Positions 62,950 to 64,000 of a stretch of DNA of 64,000 nt are shown here, one piece after another (position 1 is the first letter of the stretch; each line of letters begins with the position of its first letter). This DNA is from the human T2T-CHM13v2.0 reference genome, Homo sapiens, in NCBI RefSeq assembly GCF_009914755.1, contig NC_060947.1; one strand, given 5' to 3'. The position numbers and the translations under genes are program-made. The notes below the pieces were generated by a model, which was not told the origin of the DNA, made no database searches, and saw only the letters and a list, made by a program, of their open reading frames with translations.

Positions 62950-63179
62950 TCTGACTTTGAAATAAAAAGACCGGAGCTCAGTTTCTGGCTCTACCAATTA
63001 ACTGTTGATGCAACTTTAGATATGTTACTTAATATTCTTAATTCTCAGTTTTTTTTACTTGTAGAATGGGAATAATAAAATTATCTGCCTCATAAGATGA
63101 TACTTGTGAGGGTTTAATGAGATAATACATTTGAAGTATTTAGAACAGTGCTTGGTGTGTAATACATATTCAACAGATG
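62950..63179 (+). mobile_element. MIR
   Basis: ctggctctacc...gttacttaa...ctcagttt...gtagaatgggaataata...gtgagggtttaatgagataa...ttagaacagtgc. Confidence 0.8.
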
Positions 63180-63560
63180 TGTCCTAGTCAGTTCAGGCTG
63201 CCATAGCAAAATACTTTGGACTTGATGGCTTAAATAAGAGAAATTTATTTTCTCACATGTAGAGGCTGGGAAGTCAAAGATCAAGATACCAGTATGGTTG
63301 TTTTTTGTGTGTGGGCTATTTTCATAGCTTGTAGAAGTCTACTCTTTACTGTTAGCCCACATAGCAGGAAAGGCAAGATAGAGCAAACTCTCTGGTGTCT
63401 CTTCTTATAAGGGCACTCACTAATCCCATCATAAAGACCCCATCATCATGAATTCATCTAAACCTAATTATTTCCCAGAAGCCCCATCTTCAAATATCAT
63501 CACATTGAGGGTTAATGTCTCACATATAAATTTGGGGAGAACACAATTTAGTGCATAGCA
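63180..63560 (-). mobile_element. MaLR solo LTR (MLT1A/MLT1A0-like)
   Basis: tgtcctagtcagttcaggctgccatagcaaaatac...ctggtgtctcttcttataagggcac...cacaatttagtgcatagca. Confidence 0.88.
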
Positions 63561-63599
63561 AACACTATCTATTTATATTAATGTTTTTGTGTCTTTGAA

Positions 63600-63790
63600 G
63601 TTTTTAAATTAAACAGATCAATATTTGAATCCTGGATCCACCACTTAACAACCATGTGGCATCAGTTAATTTACTTAGTGAGTCTGAGCCTCAATTTTAT
63701 TATCTGTAAAATAGGATTGTTAGAAGTAACTTCCTCATAGGATTATTCTGTGGATGAAATGAGATGACATACATAAAACATATGTAAAAT
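63600..63790 (+). mobile_element. MIR
   Basis: ttgaatcctggatccaccactt...ctgagcctcaatttt...atctgtaaaatagg...cctcatagg...gatgaaatgagat. Confidence 0.8.
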
Positions 63791-63912
63791 ATGTAGATTT
63801 TACCACCGTTTTTTCTCAGTGTAAATAATTTTGCTCTAGATATATTTGGTCAAAGAATGAAATGTAACACAGCGATAGAAAGTCTTTGGAGTAATAAAAA
63901 TCTGTGTTGGAT

Positions 63913-64000
63913 GGGGGGCGGTCCCAAGATGGCCGAATAGGAACAGCTCCAGTCTATAGCTCCCAGAATCAGCAATGCAGAAGACGGGTGATTTCTGCAT
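63913..64000 (+). mobile_element. 5' start of another full-length L1PA (L1PA4-6-like), continuing beyond the window
   Basis: ggggggcggtcccaagatggccgaataggaacagctccagtct...gaagacgggtgatttctgcat. Confidence 0.92.

Overview
AT-rich primate (human/great-ape-like) non-genic DNA. It is dominated by transposable elements, roughly 60% LINE-1 by my by-eye tally, and I found no supportable host protein-coding exon, RNA gene or CRISPR array. There are two large nested clusters. (i) An L2 contains a Charlie7-like hAT transposon split by ~17 kb of L1s: L1MA1-3 (with a THE1 LTR inside), L1MA6/7, and a full-length L1PA2-like element with a 14-bp TSD, dead ORF1/ORF2 and an open antisense ORF0. (ii) A MER5 is split by ~18 kb made of a full-length L1MB, three Alus, a full-length L1PA8-like and a truncated L1PA7. 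The most unusual object is at 54.1-59.5 kb. A MER21/ERV-L genome has RNA-type structure (R-U5-internal-U3-R-A-tail) and a ~13-bp TSD, so it looks like an L1-made processed retrocopy of an ERV-L transcript, inserted in an L1PA16 inter-ORF spacer. About 450 bp downstream is an inverted templated copy of its 3' junction, starting at a snap-back hairpin. Subfamily names come from recalled consensus sequences, not from a RepeatMasker run. I see no evidence for a wholly new biological system beyond these retrotransposition and repair fossils.
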